From: Felis catus
Lineage: Eukaryota
DNA: 64,000 nt
Reading direction: 5' to 3'
Assembly (NCBI RefSeq): GCF_018350175.1
Contig: NC_058368.1
Span: 26,042,001-26,106,000, forward strand
Shown here piece by piece: positions 25,912-38,785 of this stretch (positions are counted from its first letter, which is position 1; each line of letters starts with the position of its first letter). The translations under genes and the position numbers were made by a program. Below the pieces are notes generated by a model. That model searched no databases. It was not told the DNA's origin and saw only the letters and a program-made list of their open reading frames with translations.

Positions 25912-25949
25912 ATCAATAAAGTATTTTCACCAAAAAATCACACATCAAG

Positions 25950-26506
25950 TCAAGGAAGTACAGAACACAGAGAAGCATGTTTAAAGTACCATGGGGAATT
26001 TATTAGCAAAATCTAGGGAGTAAAAAATTGTATAAGACATACAACCTGGTTTCTTCAACAAATAATTGTGATAGCAAGGAAAAAAGAAAGGGAGGTGGAC
26101 CCTAAAGGCTAAAAGAAACTTTATGCTCAACATCATTCATCATCAGGGAAACACTGATCAAAACCACAATGAGATGTCACCTCACACCTGCCAGAATGGC
26201 TAACATTAAGAACTCAGGAAACAACAGATGTTGGCAAGGATGTGGAGAAAGAAGAACCCTCTTGCACTGTTGGTGGGAATGCAAAGTGGTGCAGCCATGC
26301 TGGAAAACAGTATGGAGGTTCCTCAGAAAGTTAAACAATAAAACTACCCTATGACCCAGCAATTGCACTACTAGGTATTCATCCAAGGATACAAAAATAC
26401 TGATTCAAAGAGGCACGTGCACACCAATGTTTATAGCAGCACTATCAACAATAGCCAAATTATGGAAAGCCAAATGTCCATCGACTGATGAATGGATAAA
26501 GAGGTG

Positions 26507-26539
<33 letters not shown>

Positions 26540-27310
26540 GGGATATTACTCAACCATCAAAAAGAACAAAATCTTGCCATTTGCAACGACATGGATGGAG
26601 TATATGCTAAGTGAAATAAGTCAGAGAAAGACAAATATCATATCATTTCACTCCCGTGGAATTTAAGAAACAACACAGATGAACACAGGGGAAGGGGGGA
26701 AAAAGAGAGAGAAAAGGCACACCACAGAGACTCTTTACTATAGAGAACAAACTGAGAGTTGCTTCAGGGGAGGTGGGTGGGATATGGGCTAAATGGGTGA
26801 TGGGCATTAAGGAGGGCACTTGTTGGGATTAGCATTGGGTGTTATGTGTAAGTCATGAATTACTAAATTCTACTCCTGAAACTAATATTACACTATATGT
26901 TAACTAACTAGAATTTAAATGAAAACTTAAAAAACTTTAGGGACCTATCCACCAGTGGATCTTAACTGGAACACACCAACTTCAAAAAAAAAAAAATGGC
27001 AAAGCATTCTGAGACAATCAAAGAGATTTAAACACTGTCTAGATTGTTAATGATATTAAGAGATTATTGTCAATTTTTTAGGTGTATTAGAGTGTTCTGG
27101 ATTTTTCTTTTATAAGATCCTTATCTTTTAGAGAGACCTGCTGAAATATTTACAAACACAGTGATAAGAGCTCTGGGACTTCAGTGTGGTGCAGGGAGGG
27201 AAATAGGCATGATGACAGTTGAAATAAGATTGGCCCACTGGATGATGGACTTGTTATAATAATAACCTCACTACTTTGCGTATGCTTGAAACAACCTATT
27301 ACAAAAAGGG
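25950..27310 (+). mobile_element. Old L1 (L1MC/MD-like) 3'UTR, split by a younger L1
   Basis: 'aacctggtttcttcaacaaataa...ctaaaagaaacttta' resumes after the insert as 'gggacctatccacca...gatgatattaagagattattgtcaattttttaggtg...ctgaaatatttaca'. Confidence 0.7.
26124..26930 (+). mobile_element. 5'-truncated carnivore LINE-1 (ORF2 C-terminus + 3'UTR)
   Basis: ORF 26169-26354 'MRCHLTPARMANIKNSGNNRCWQGCGERRTLLHCWWECKVVQPCWKTVWRFL' matches the L1 ORF2p cysteine-rich C-terminus; internal (CA)n at ~26509-26537; flanks aaaagaaacttta / aaaaaacttta. Confidence 0.95.
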
Positions 27311-27513
27311 TTAAATATATAGAAAACATTTTTCCATGTCATTAAATGTTTTTCTACAACATGAAGTTTTCAATGTAGCATTCTGTTGTATAGATGTATC
27401 ATAACAATGAACGTTGTGTTCATTGGCACAATTTCCATTGTCAAACTCTTAAGTTTTTGGCTTTTTTGGCTATTAATAAGATATGTAACTCACTATACAC
27501 AATTCAATTTCTT

Positions 27514-27728
27514 GGGGTGCCTGGGTGGCTCAGTCGGTAAACGTCTGACTTCAGCTCAGGTCATGATCTCATGGTTCACGGGTTCAAGCCCCGCATCGGG
27601 CTTTAAGCTGACAGCGTGGAGCCTGCTTGTGATTCTCTGTCTTCTTCTCTCTCTCTGCCCCTCCCCCACTCTCCCTCTCAAAATGAATAAATACACGTAA
27701 ACAAAAAACTTTAAACAAAAAAAGAAAA
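27514..27728 (+). mobile_element. CAN-SINE (SINEC)
   Basis: Head 'ggggtgcctgggtggctcagtcgg', CT tract, A-rich tail. Confidence 0.93.
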
Positions 27729-28499
27729 CCACATTCTGTTTCTTGAGAAGAGACTCCTATACATGAAACTGGTGGGCCCAGAGTTAGGCCTGTATTTAAG
27801 GTGTATTTAAGGAGGCTATTACCCTCCATCAGTAATAGCCTTTTGCTTTCTCCTTTTGTAACACAGTCCTGCCCTCCTCTCACATTCCCCTGGCTAGATA
27901 TAGAGGGCATACATACCAGGCTCCAGAATTTTCCTGCTGGAGGGCAGTCCCAAAACATTTCCCAAGAGTCCCTTGAAAATCTTCCACATTTGCTTGATTT
28001 TTCTTTTCCTAAAATATGTTGTAAATATTACTGATCGTGCTTTGGCTTTCATCTAGAACCTTCAGCATGAGAATGGCAAATCAAACAACCAACTAACTGA
28101 CAAGACTCTCTTGTTTGATGCCATAAGAGGATAGGGAAGAATACAGAAGCCAAAAGGACCATGCTTACACTCAATACAAAGGGCTAAGGTGACTAGACAA
28201 GAAACAAGACTAGATCATTAAACAAGACCAGCAAGCAAAAAAAATGGTGTTAGCCTAAAGAGTAGGAGGGATTACAAACCCTAGTTGAAGAAAAAAAAGT
28301 GAGAAGCAAAATATCAAAATAATCTCTTCCCCGAGTCAGACGATGACTCAGCCACAAGACAGTGCTGGTTCACTCAGCTGGCTGGAGACACCTTAAAGAG
28401 ACAGATCTGAAGCGTCCTTTATACACATTGCTTCTCTTGGTGTTTCCTGATAGTGCAAATGGCCAGAAGAATATATGGCTAAAACCAGCCTGGTAAGGT

Positions 28500-28720
28500 G
28501 GAGCAACCATGGATCTTGGTGTCTTGTGGACCTGAGGTTAAAACCCTGCTCCACCATTTATTATTAGCTGTGTGACCTTGGCCAAGCCACTTAGCAGCTT
28601 CAGACCATATTTGTAAATATGGATCATGAAACCTACTTCAAAAAGTAGTTGTGAGTGTTGAACAAAGAAATATTTGTAAATTGCTTAGCACAGTGCTGGG
28701 CACTTAGAAATTCTGGAAAT
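28500..28720 (+). mobile_element. MIR SINE
   Basis: 'agctgtgtgaccttggccaag...tgtaaattgcttagcacagtgctgggcac'. Confidence 0.75.
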
Positions 28721-28747
28721 GCTGACCATATAAGGTGAACTATTTTA

Positions 28748-28969
28748 TTAAAAAAGATTTTTTTAATGTTTATTTATTTTTGAGACAGAGGAAGACAGAG
28801 CGTGAGTGGGGGAGGGGTGGAGAGAGACACACACACACAGAATCTGAAACAGGCTCCAGGCTCTGAGCTGTCAGCCCAGAGCCCGATGTGGCGCTTGAAC
28901 CCGTGAACTGTGAGATCCTGACCTGAGCTGAAGTCGGACACTTAACCGACTGAGCCACCCAGCCACCCC
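28748..28969 (-). mobile_element. CAN-SINE (SINEC)
   Basis: Complete; TSD aactatttta at 28738-28747 and 28971-28980. Confidence 0.96.
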
Positions 28970-29284
28970 AAACTATTTTAAGATAAGTTTGCCTTCTATG
29001 TTTCCGAAGCATCTTCCCAGATGGTATTAAAGTTGTATTACATTGTTTTATAATTATTTGTTTTTGTGACATTATCTCATTCATTCATTTATCCGTGGGG
29101 GCACAAGCTTCACAAAACTTTCTGCTGACTGCATAAAACTCAAATTCCAGCATCCACAACAGTAAATATCTAGTTATTGCCAACTGACCTAGATATTACA
29201 AGTGAGCTTAAAAAGTTCATTCATGTCCAGCTATTCAGCATCTAATTAATCAAGAAATGTTTGTTGGCTTACTTATTTGGGAGG

Positions 29285-29540
29285 CAATATCCACAAGTGG
29301 TGAAAAGTATGGTCTTTGGTACCAGACAGACCAGGGTTTCACTCTTGGCTTTGCCCTTTCCCAGCTGTGTGATTTGGGGCAAGTTCCATAACCTTTGTAG
29401 TTTCAGGTTTTTTCGCCTCTAACAAGGAGGTCTAATAATAGTGCCTGTCTCATTTGGTTGTTGAAAAGATTGATCAGGATAAATGCAGCAAAGCATTTAC
29501 AATATAGGATACTGACATATAGTAGGGGCTCAGTGAATGC
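29285..29540 (+). mobile_element. MIR SINE
   Basis: Near full-length MIR pattern ('cagctgtgtgatttggggcaagtt...aataatagtgcctgtctcat...acatatagtaggggctcagtgaatg'). Confidence 0.8.
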
Positions 29541-30048
29541 ACTGTAGTGTTATTTTGAAAATATATTAATTGAAATGTTACTGTGGGAAGGAAATGAGGT
29601 AGGTGTTGTGAGAAATTTAAAAAAAAAAGTATGTAACTTGAGTCTTGTCCTCAAGATTTCAGGCTTCTTTGTAAGATAAAACAAACATGGCTAAATACAA
29701 GTCAGTCTCTGGTTAAGTGCTTACTAAGTGGAATAGACAGAAAATTTTAAGTCCTGGGGCAGTGATCAGTGAAGCAAATTTTTAACATCTCCTGCCCACT
29801 CTCTCCTCGGTTCCCCTTCTTGATGATAGCCATTGAAGGTTGGCCAGTCTTTCTTCCTCTTCCTTTGAGTTTTTAGGATACAAAATCAAAAGTTTAGATC
29901 AGTAGTCACAAACTCAAATGCCGTCGTGGGTCCATGACAGGTCATGTGTTACAAATAATGCAAATATGGGAAGCAACAATAAATCATGATAGGATATGAT
30001 AGCTCAATAAAGAATAAATGCCAGGTATAAATCAAATTCATACATTTA

Positions 30049-30257
30049 TTTTATTTATTTTATTTGTTGAGAGAGAGGGAAGGAGACGGCACGAGTGGGG
30101 GAGGGGCAGAGAGAGAGAGGAGAGAGAGAATCCTAAGCAGGCTCTGCCCTCTCAGCGCAGAGCCCGACTCGGGGCTCGAACTCACAAACTGTGAGATCAT
30201 GACCTGAGCCAAAATCAATAGTTGGATATTTAACCCACTGAGCCACCCAGGAGCCCC
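30049..30257 (-). mobile_element. CAN-SINE (SINEC)
   Basis: Complete; TSD caaattcatacattta at 30033-30048 and 30259-30274. Confidence 0.97.
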
Positions 30258-30409
30258 ACAAATTCATACATTTAAAAAGCCACTGTGTTGGCTAAGCACA
30301 ATTTGACCTATGGGTCACTGCTTGGAATCTTTGGTATAGAGAGTTTCCAGTTTATCACATACTTTGAATATGCTGAAAATAGCATAAAATACTACTACTG
30401 CTGAATGAC

Positions 30410-30630
30410 TAACATGTGTTGAATGCTCACTATGTGTCAGATATCGTGCTAAGTACTTTACTCTTAATTCTCAAAGCAAGTAATGGGCTATTATTATTTA
30501 TTATTACAGATAAGGAAGCCGAGGTTCAGAGATGTCACGTAACTTGTCCAAGGCCACAGAGCTTTAAGTGGTAGAGGCCAGACTTGACTCAGACAGGTAT
30601 TTTTGATGGCAAATTCCACATTCTTGACTA
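30410..30630 (-). mobile_element. MIR SINE
   Basis: 'ttacagataaggaagccgaggttcagagatgtcacgtaacttgtccaaggccacagagc'. Confidence 0.8.
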
Positions 30631-32999
30631 CCGTTCCACAAGAATTGGATTTGGGTCAGAGAAGCTTTTAAGTAGGATTTGAGCTGTTGAAAGGAGGATA
30701 GGCAGAAAGACTTTTCTATGCCACGTTTCCCTCATGCATTCATACAGGTTGTTGTTTGTTTTTTTTTTCTGGGTAAGAATAAAACATTGCAATATCCTTC
30801 AAAATTGCAATCAATTGAATCGAATATTCTGGTGAAATTAAAACATGTAACACAATAATAATGTCCTAAAAAGAACAAAAGTAAGACGATATGGTCTTGG
30901 TTGAAGCTTTGCATATGCATCCCAGGAGAATCCCGGGAGAGCTAACAAGCAGTGGGTGTTTTCTGATCCTTTGGTTCATTAATATGCACAACTCATTTGC
31001 CAGAAGTCACATAGGAAACACCACCTTTCAGGATGGAATTCGGAACTAAGAGTGTAAATACTTAGGTACCATCCTTCTAGCTGTCTCTATAAGACTGACC
31101 ACTGTCGTATCTAGGTGCTTTGATAATGTTTCCAAGAATATTTTGCTAAGGCTGAAAGCAACATAAGAGAATTTTTGGTTTGCTTTGAGTTTTCCAGGAG
31201 CAGACTTCTACAGGGAAATACGCAGCTTGGCTCATTCAGATCTTACTCACTGAAAGGCAGGATCACACTATGTAATTCAAGCAAAAACTCTCAACTATCT
31301 AGTTGAGATCTAGTGGTCAATTTTATGAGTTTCAGTTAAAAAAAAAAAATCCTTCAGATGTTATTGACTTCCCAAGAACTATGCCTCCAGTTCAGGTAAC
31401 TGCCACCATTGATTCACTAATAGCTAACCTTGCATTAAACAAAGCAATCTAGAGTAAGATATAAAGACAAATATTTAACATGAATACTTACCATCGCTTC
31501 ATCTAAGTTAGTTAGTTACTTCATCTTAGTTAGTTTACCTGAATCTTGTTTCTTAGTCAAAAGTCTTTGGAAAAAACATTCACCTTTGTCTCTAGCACTT
31601 TGGAACTCTAAAGCAATTAAAGCTTTTTACTTCTCCATATCAGGTTAAAAACTTTAGCTCGTGATTCGCAACTTGTTGGAGAAAACAAATGTATTGATCT
31701 TCTGAACGTTAGGTCCTAATTACTTTTGGGGTGTTAATACTTAACTCCTCCTCCATTAGCTTCTTTTAGAAGAAACCTGTGTACCACTCCATCCAACTTG
31801 GCTTAGCTAGAAAGAAACATTCTGGTTGTCTGCTCTCTAACTCTCCCGACAGTGGTCATTTCTAATTGAGTGTCTCTGATGATAACTCCTAATAAATTTC
31901 TTCTCAGTTTCCTTCTCCAGTGTATACTTATTTATTTGGCTAGGACTACTAATTTAGAATTGTTTAGTAATCTGTGTAAGCTTCCAGATGTTTTAGGAGA
32001 GATCTCAAATGGGATAAAAACTTTTATCTTTTGAAAATTTCGAAGCACATTTAAATAAACAATTTCTAAAGAGAGCTTTACAAGTGGGTTTCTTGTTACC
32101 TTTCTGAGATGTGCGTGTGCATATGTATTTGTGCATAAAACTAACCATAGATATATGTACCAGGTATATCATAGTCTGATGTAGCCAGACAGAAAATAAA
32201 CAAATTAAGAAGCCTGGAGAAACTTCCTTGATTTGGAAAAACCTTGACCTTTTCAGACTCATTTCTCATGGTTTTTCCATTGGCAGCGGTTAGAATTAAG
32301 ATGGCATTAATAGTTGCCTGCACTGAATTTCTTACTCTTTCTTTTCTTTTTTCCACGCTCTACATTCAGTGTTTATCGAATCAATCTACTTTATATTGGG
32401 AGGAAAGTGCAGTTTTTATATTCTGATGACAAACGATTTCAGGCATTCTTGGGACCGTTGGCATAGGATGTGAACTTCACCTCATTACGTCAGGATCTTC
32501 CTCTCTCTTATTTTAAGTGTACGAATGAGGCACAGACCCCAAAGTAGAGTAAGAGTTTCTCAAATCTCTGCACAAGCTCCCGAAATCAAGATGGAGTAAT
32601 AGCTCCTTCTGTAATTTCTGCCAATTAATCCACCCCCACACCACAAACCAAAGATTCCACAACAAGTTAAAGAGCAGTGTTAGTGACTCAGATGGAATGA
32701 TTTCACCCATATGGCCCTGCTGCGGTGGTTTTTCACATGCCACTGGTATTTCCCTTTGTACTAACAGTGACATTTACCTGGGGAGATTGATGGGGGAATA
32801 GATGACATTACTTTCCCAGCACCTCTTGCAGTCAGAGTCCATGGCCTCAGAAATGGAGGGAGCAAACCATGCCTCAGGGGGTTAGAACCCATTAACTCAT
32901 GCTTTTCCCTGTCGAAGCCTTTTCCTGGCTCCCCATACATACAGAATAGACCCCCCAATATAGTGGGACAGTCGAGGCTTTCCCCAATCTGCACTAGTT

Positions 33000-34200
33000 T
33001 GCCTTTCAGCCTTCCTAGCACTTCTTTACCTCAAACCAAACAAACTGGATTATTCTAGCTCCCCACAAATGTCACACCCATTTTTTTTTTGCTTCCATCT
33101 CTGGCTTATGCTGTTGTTCCTCCCTGGATTGTCTTTCCCCTTTCTCAGCTCCAGAAAACCAAATCATATTCATCTTTTAAGACCTCTGAACCTTTTTTGG
33201 GGCGCCTCGGTGGCTCAGTCGGTTGAGCGTCCGACTTCAGCCCAGGTCATGATCTCGCGGTCCGTGAGTTCGAGACCTGTGTCGGGCTCTGTGCTGACAG
33301 CTCAGAGCCCGGAGCCTGTTTCAGATTCTGTGTCTCCTTCTCTCTCTGACCCTCCCCTGTTCATGCTCTGTCTCTCTCTGTCTCAAAAATAAATAAACAT
33401 TTAAAAAAATTAAAAAAAAAAGACCTCTGAACCTTTTTCAGATGCCATTTCTTATTTTTCCAAAGATATGTACCTCCCTTAAACCACTGACCCCTTCTGC
33501 CTTATAATCAGAGTATTTGTTTACATTTGCTATAAGTTTTGTGCAGGAAACATCTGCTGCTTATTTATCTTCATGCATTAGACTCTGTTTGGCATAGTTT
33601 TTGCAGGGACTCAGTGACTACTTATTGACTTGAATCTCAAACCCAACATTTGAACTCAGTAGCTCTTTTCTCTGCACTCATTCCAACGTCCCCCAGGATT
33701 TCCCACGTTGGTGATGGGAACACCATTCACCTCACTGCCCATGCCAGAATACTTAACATAGCTCTTTCCCTCTGTTCTTGACCTCCATCTAACCAATGAC
33801 TGCGTTCTGTCAACTCTACCTTTTTAAATGACCTTAGAATTGCACCCCTGTTCTTTCCTGCCATGGTGCTGTAACTTTGGAACTGGCCACCACCGTCTCT
33901 CTCCTGGAATACCATAGCACTTCCTAACTGATCAGTTGGTCTCCTTTGCTGCACTCCCCATCACCCCCACCCAAAGCCATTATTTTCCACAGCATATCCA
34001 GTATGATCTCTCTAAAATGCAGACCTTATTATGCTTCTCTCTTGCTCATGATTCTCAGAATCTAGTTCAAACTCTTTAACATCATGTATAAGATCTTTTA
34101 GAATCTGACCCCTTCTTTCCTTCATCATTTGTGGATCTCTCTTCCTCCATCCAAAACCCAAACTCCACCCATACTGGACCTATAGATTTCTTGGAAGGCT
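33000..34200 (+). mobile_element. LINE-2 fragments (interrupted by a SINE)
   Basis: Pyrimidine-rich L2 3' phrases ('gatgggaacaccattcacctcactgcccatgccagaa', 'ccaccaccgtctctctcctggaataccatagcacttcctaactg', 'ttccacagcatatccagtatgatctctctaaaatgcaga'). Confidence 0.7.
33199..33419 (+). mobile_element. CAN-SINE (SINEC)
   Basis: Complete; TSD aagacctctgaaccttttt at 33179-33197 and 33420-33438. Confidence 0.98.
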
Positions 34201-34699
34201 CTTTAGGATTTCTATAGATGATTGGTTCAAGTTTATGTTTTAAATCTATTTCAGTTATGTAAGAAACTATACTAAAAACATTCATCTAAATGTGTTAGAT
34301 ATCACAGCTCTGTGTACAGAGAGCCATCAATACATTCATTTGGATTACAAGTTAATTCTTCAGGATGCAAAGTCTACCTTCTTTGATATATACTTGAAAT
34401 TCTGCTAAATGTGTCATTGATTCAAAAAAGTTGGTAATTTTCACAGGCTTTTTACATTTTTTTTTTAAACTAGGCCAAGTAAAAAAAACTCTGCTCAAGT
34501 AAAATTCATGTATGTGTATCATTACTATCCAGTGCAATTAAATATCAAACAAGGCTGAGGCTCATAGTCTTGGCACATGTGTGGCTACATGTCAAAGTAT
34601 CGTATTTTACTAGAGATATTTTAGCACTTAAGGTTGGGGTGTTTGCTACTGACTTGTATATCATGATAAGAAATGCAATTCATCATTAAATATTATTGT

Positions 34700-35000
34700 A
34701 GTTAAACTTTGAAACTAAAATCTCTTCAACACCTTGCCCAAGTTTTTAGATTAGTTCATTTGAAGGTATACTATGATTGAAAGGAGGGCTGTTAAAAAAA
34801 AACAAACAACATACTTTTCTTTTGCATCTACTTCTCTGTGTGAACTAGGATTTTCTAATTACTTGGAAATACATAATTTGTTTTTAATGGCCCAAACATA
34901 AGCATAGGCAATTGAAATAATTTGAATGCAGAAATTGATACGAAGGAAAATGTAACACCCAATTTCAGATATTTATGTTCATCAAACTTACCTTGCTGTT
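34700..35000 (+). mobile_element. hAT (Charlie-like) DNA transposon remnant, transposase C-terminal dimerisation region
   Basis: 34812-34856 translates YFSFASTSLCELGFS, matching the hAT-Charlie motif 'LLPFxSTYLCExGFS'; stop shortly after; limits approximate. Confidence 0.7.
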
Positions 35001-35005
35001 CTTAT

Positions 35006-35264
35006 GATTTTTATTTTTAAATACCTTTTTAAAAAGTGTATTTATTTATTTATTTTGAGAGGGAGAGAGAGAGAGAGGGAGGGAGAGAGAGAGAGAGCAC
35101 CAGCAGGGAGGGGCAGAGAGAGAGGTAGAAATAGAGAATCCCAAGCAGACTCCATGCTGTCAGTGCAGAGCCTGATGGGGGCTTGAACTCACGAACCATG
35201 AGATCATGACCTGAGCTGAAGTTGAGAGTTGGACACTTAACTCACTGAAACACCCAGGACACCC
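35006..35264 (-). mobile_element. CAN-SINE (SINEC)
   Basis: Complete; ctgttcttat on both flanks (34996-35005, 35272-35281). Confidence 0.95.
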
Positions 35265-38258
35265 TCTTGTTCTGTTCTTATTGATGGATAAGTAAATACT
35301 AGAAATATAAACGTTTAAAATGTATATTTGTGAAATATCATATTTATGTTTTATGTAATTGAGCTCCAAAAAAATTTTTTTCAGTTAAACAGACAGGTTC
35401 TAGTGCTTAAAGCAAAACAAAACAAAACAGAACAGAACAAAACAAAACTGAAAACCATTAAGGGCTCAAGAAGACTGTTTCTGTCTTGATCCTAGTAAGG
35501 TATTCACAATATGTCCTCTTTATGCTTTAGAGAAAAGAACCACCAGATGTCCACAGGCAAGTTTTCTGTTCCAGCCAAGATCAACTCTATTCCAAATGGA
35601 GAACTGTCTTGTTGGAATATATGTTCTCAGGGGAACAAACCAAAGTATGGCTGACTTCCTGGGGGAATGTCCTCCACCTCCAACCCATTTTCCCTCCACT
35701 TTTCTCAGGATTATATCTTTGAGAAGCCTCTTGGTGTTGAGAGCATGACCATGCATATTCTTTCCTTTTGCTGTGCTTCCTCAGTCTCCACATCTGATAA
35801 CACATATGCAACATTGTACTATTTCCAAGTACTCCAGAGAGCAGAATTTGCTCTGCAGAACTAATATATTGCAGCAGTCCAGATAATACCTTGCCATGTG
35901 TGTTTTTTCAATAAGAAGTCACCATCCCTCAATGTGGGATTATATAATTTCTAGAACTTTAGACTCTTCCTTAACCAGTAAGGAAATATGTTAGCATTTA
36001 TTGTTGTGGAAGTTTACCTTCCTACAGAATACTAAATTAATGACATGTTTGGTGTTTGTGATCAGCAAGTTATATGCCAGCTGGACTGGTCATGTGCTGA
36101 TATGGTCTAGCTGAACCCATAAAGCTTGGATGATGGCGATGCTAATTCCACTGGGTTAAATTCCACCAAAAGGGCAGGTGCGTACAGCTGCCCAGAATGG
36201 CATTGAGAAATATGAGTTTGTCCTTGTCCTTTCGAACACCATACTGGTTGGATTCCTGAGAGCTTTAATTGTCACCCTTCGAATGGAGCTGGTCTTTGGC
36301 TTGGTGTTTATCAGCTCCAGAGCTGAGGAAATTGGGTTTTATCTCTTTCAGATTAGATCACTACAAGCCTCATTGGGTAAAGCTACCGTGAGGAGGGGTG
36401 GGGAGGGTACAGTCCTTACTCCCTTTACTCAAAATGCTTCTGCAAAGCCCGTGCCCTTTATAGAACAAAGTCCCAGGACTCCCACTCCCTCCCCACAACC
36501 CAGCACAGGATAACTAACTAGGGATTTGTTTATTTACTTCTTTCAAGGGCTTTTTAATTAGTAAACCTTGCCCCTAACTAAAATGCTGATCTCTTTCAAG
36601 ATAAAGCACTTTGGGCCTCAGGTTTCTACTTCTCAGTTTTCCATTTGCTTCAGGTTTTATTAACTCTGTAGCCAGGCTGAAGGTGTGGAGGTTGTGGGAT
36701 TGGGCATCTGGCCCACTGAGGAACTTTGTATCTTCCCCTGCCTGCCAGGAGATTCCACTCTATTCTTTTCTTCAGAAGAAAGAGAGACAGACAGAAAGAG
36801 AGACAGAGAGAGAAAGAAGGAAGGAAGAAAAGAAACAAGAAGAAACCTCCCTGAACTCTGCAGCTGTTCTATATGATCCTGATTTTAAGAGGAAACCTCT
36901 CCTCTGGCTTGGGGTATGGCTGGGTGTTGACAGTGCTCCATGGCTCCGAGGCCCCTTGGGGTGGAAAAGCAGGGCCCCAGGGATGCTGTGACAGGGGCGG
37001 GGACTTCATCTTGCAAAGGTGACAGGCCTGTGGCCCCCTGCCCCTCAACTTAGCCCCTTCTGAAAGGCTCTGGCACCCAGTCACCAATTATTGTCCCTCC
37101 TCTGACGCCCTGTTCTTTGACCTCCAGTAACAAACGACTTCCTGATTACCGAAGCCGGGCCCCACCCACCTCCCCTAGCCAAGAAGTCAACCAAGAACTG
37201 TGCAGGACTTCATTGAAATTTGCGGATCCACTGTGAAGTTACCTCCCTGGGCATATTTATCTTGAAGGCGAGCTGGCTGCTTTGGAGCGCCTCGTGATTA
37301 ACTGTTTCTTCTTTGCTTTTTTTTTTTTTAACCCGTGCAAGGGCCGAGAAAGGAAAATTTGATCCTTGCTAATTTTACAGTGCTGGGTTGGTGGTATGGG
37401 CAACATATACATGGGGAAAATTGGGGGTCCCCAATAAGAAGTAGGGGATAAAAGATTGCAGGATTTCTGAAGCTCAAGTCAGCTGCATTCATGAGCAAAT
37501 CAGCCGTCTCCTGGTTCTTGACCTCCTTTGGGCATTGTGAGGGCTGATGAGCTCATGCCTGTAAAGAGTGCAAGCCTTTAATTGAAGTATAATTAATAAT
37601 CATCTGATAAGTGAATAACAATAATAATGATGATGTAATCCCCTTCCCCCACAGCCCCACTCCTGTTTCCTTGGGTAGTAACATTATGACATGATGTCCC
37701 AGTGTGCTCAATTAGATGAATGACTGTAGGTGCAGGCAAATCATCACAGCTATGTACTTGTTGGCACAGCCCAGGGTTGGCCTGCCACCGAGAAACCTGA
37801 GGGCACAGAACAATGCAGCAATGTTCTGAAAGTGTTGCACTGTTCAGATAATGGACAAGTTCAAGCTGTTTCATGACTCAGGTACTAGGACAACCTACTT
37901 GCTTCTTTCCAACCCGGTGGCCCTCCCAAGCGGGAGAGCTGCGTCTGGAAGTCTTACTGAGAATGGCAGTTACTTATGTCTTCTGCTCCTCTGCCTTGTG
38001 CTTTCTACAGATCTCTGTAGTCAGTAAGATGAATGAGTGAGTCTCCGAAGGGGGGGGTGGTGATACGAGTGGATTTTCTACCTGCCTCTACACCAATGAT
38101 TATCAGAGGGACATTTGGATTAGTTAACATGCCCACAATTTCTCTTGAGTACCTAAATGGGATGAATGGAGAAGCAATGGGTTTTAGAAAAAAAGAATCA
38201 TTTTAGTTCTTAGGCTTATCACAGTTTAATCTAAAAAAAAAAAAAAAAAGAGCCCTTA

Positions 38259-38350
38259 GGGGCACCTGGGTGGCTCAGTTGGTTAAGCATCTGACTTCGG
38301 CTCAGGTCATGATCTCATAGTTCACGAGTTCGAGCCCTGTGTCCGGCTCT
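38259..38350 (+). mobile_element. 3'-truncated (tailless) CAN-SINE head
   Basis: Only the tRNA-derived head 'ggggcacctgggtggctcag...gagttcgagccctgtgtccggctct' is present; no CT tract or SINE tail. Confidence 0.92.
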
Positions 38351-38564
38351 CACAGTTTAACCAAAAAAAAAAAAAAAAAAGAGTCCTTAAAGTAGACAGT
38401 AAGCTTAAAAGAAGTGCTTAGAATGGGCCCAGGTTGGGGGGGGGGGGGGGCGGTGCCAGGCAGGGAATATGAAGAAGGCAATTCATCAGCCACTTTTGCC
38501 CTAAAGTCTTCTCAGGCCAGAAGGCTGAGATAGGCAGAATGGAATCCCCAGCTAGAAAAGATAA

Positions 38565-38785
38565 TAACACCTTTCATCTGCAAACAATTTACAGTTTATA
38601 AAGCACTTTCATATAGCATGACCTCATCTGAGTCTCACAATATCTCTGTAAGGTTGGTTAAGTTTATAATCACCAGTTTATAGATGAGGAAACTGAGGGC
38701 CAAAGTGGTTAAGTGACTCATTTGCCCAGAAAGAAAGTGGCAGGGCGGGAGCCAAACCCATGTGTCTAACAAGACACTAGGACTT
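38565..38785 (-). mobile_element. MIR SINE
   Basis: 'tttatagatgaggaaactgagggccaaagtggttaagtgactcatttgccca'. Confidence 0.8.
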
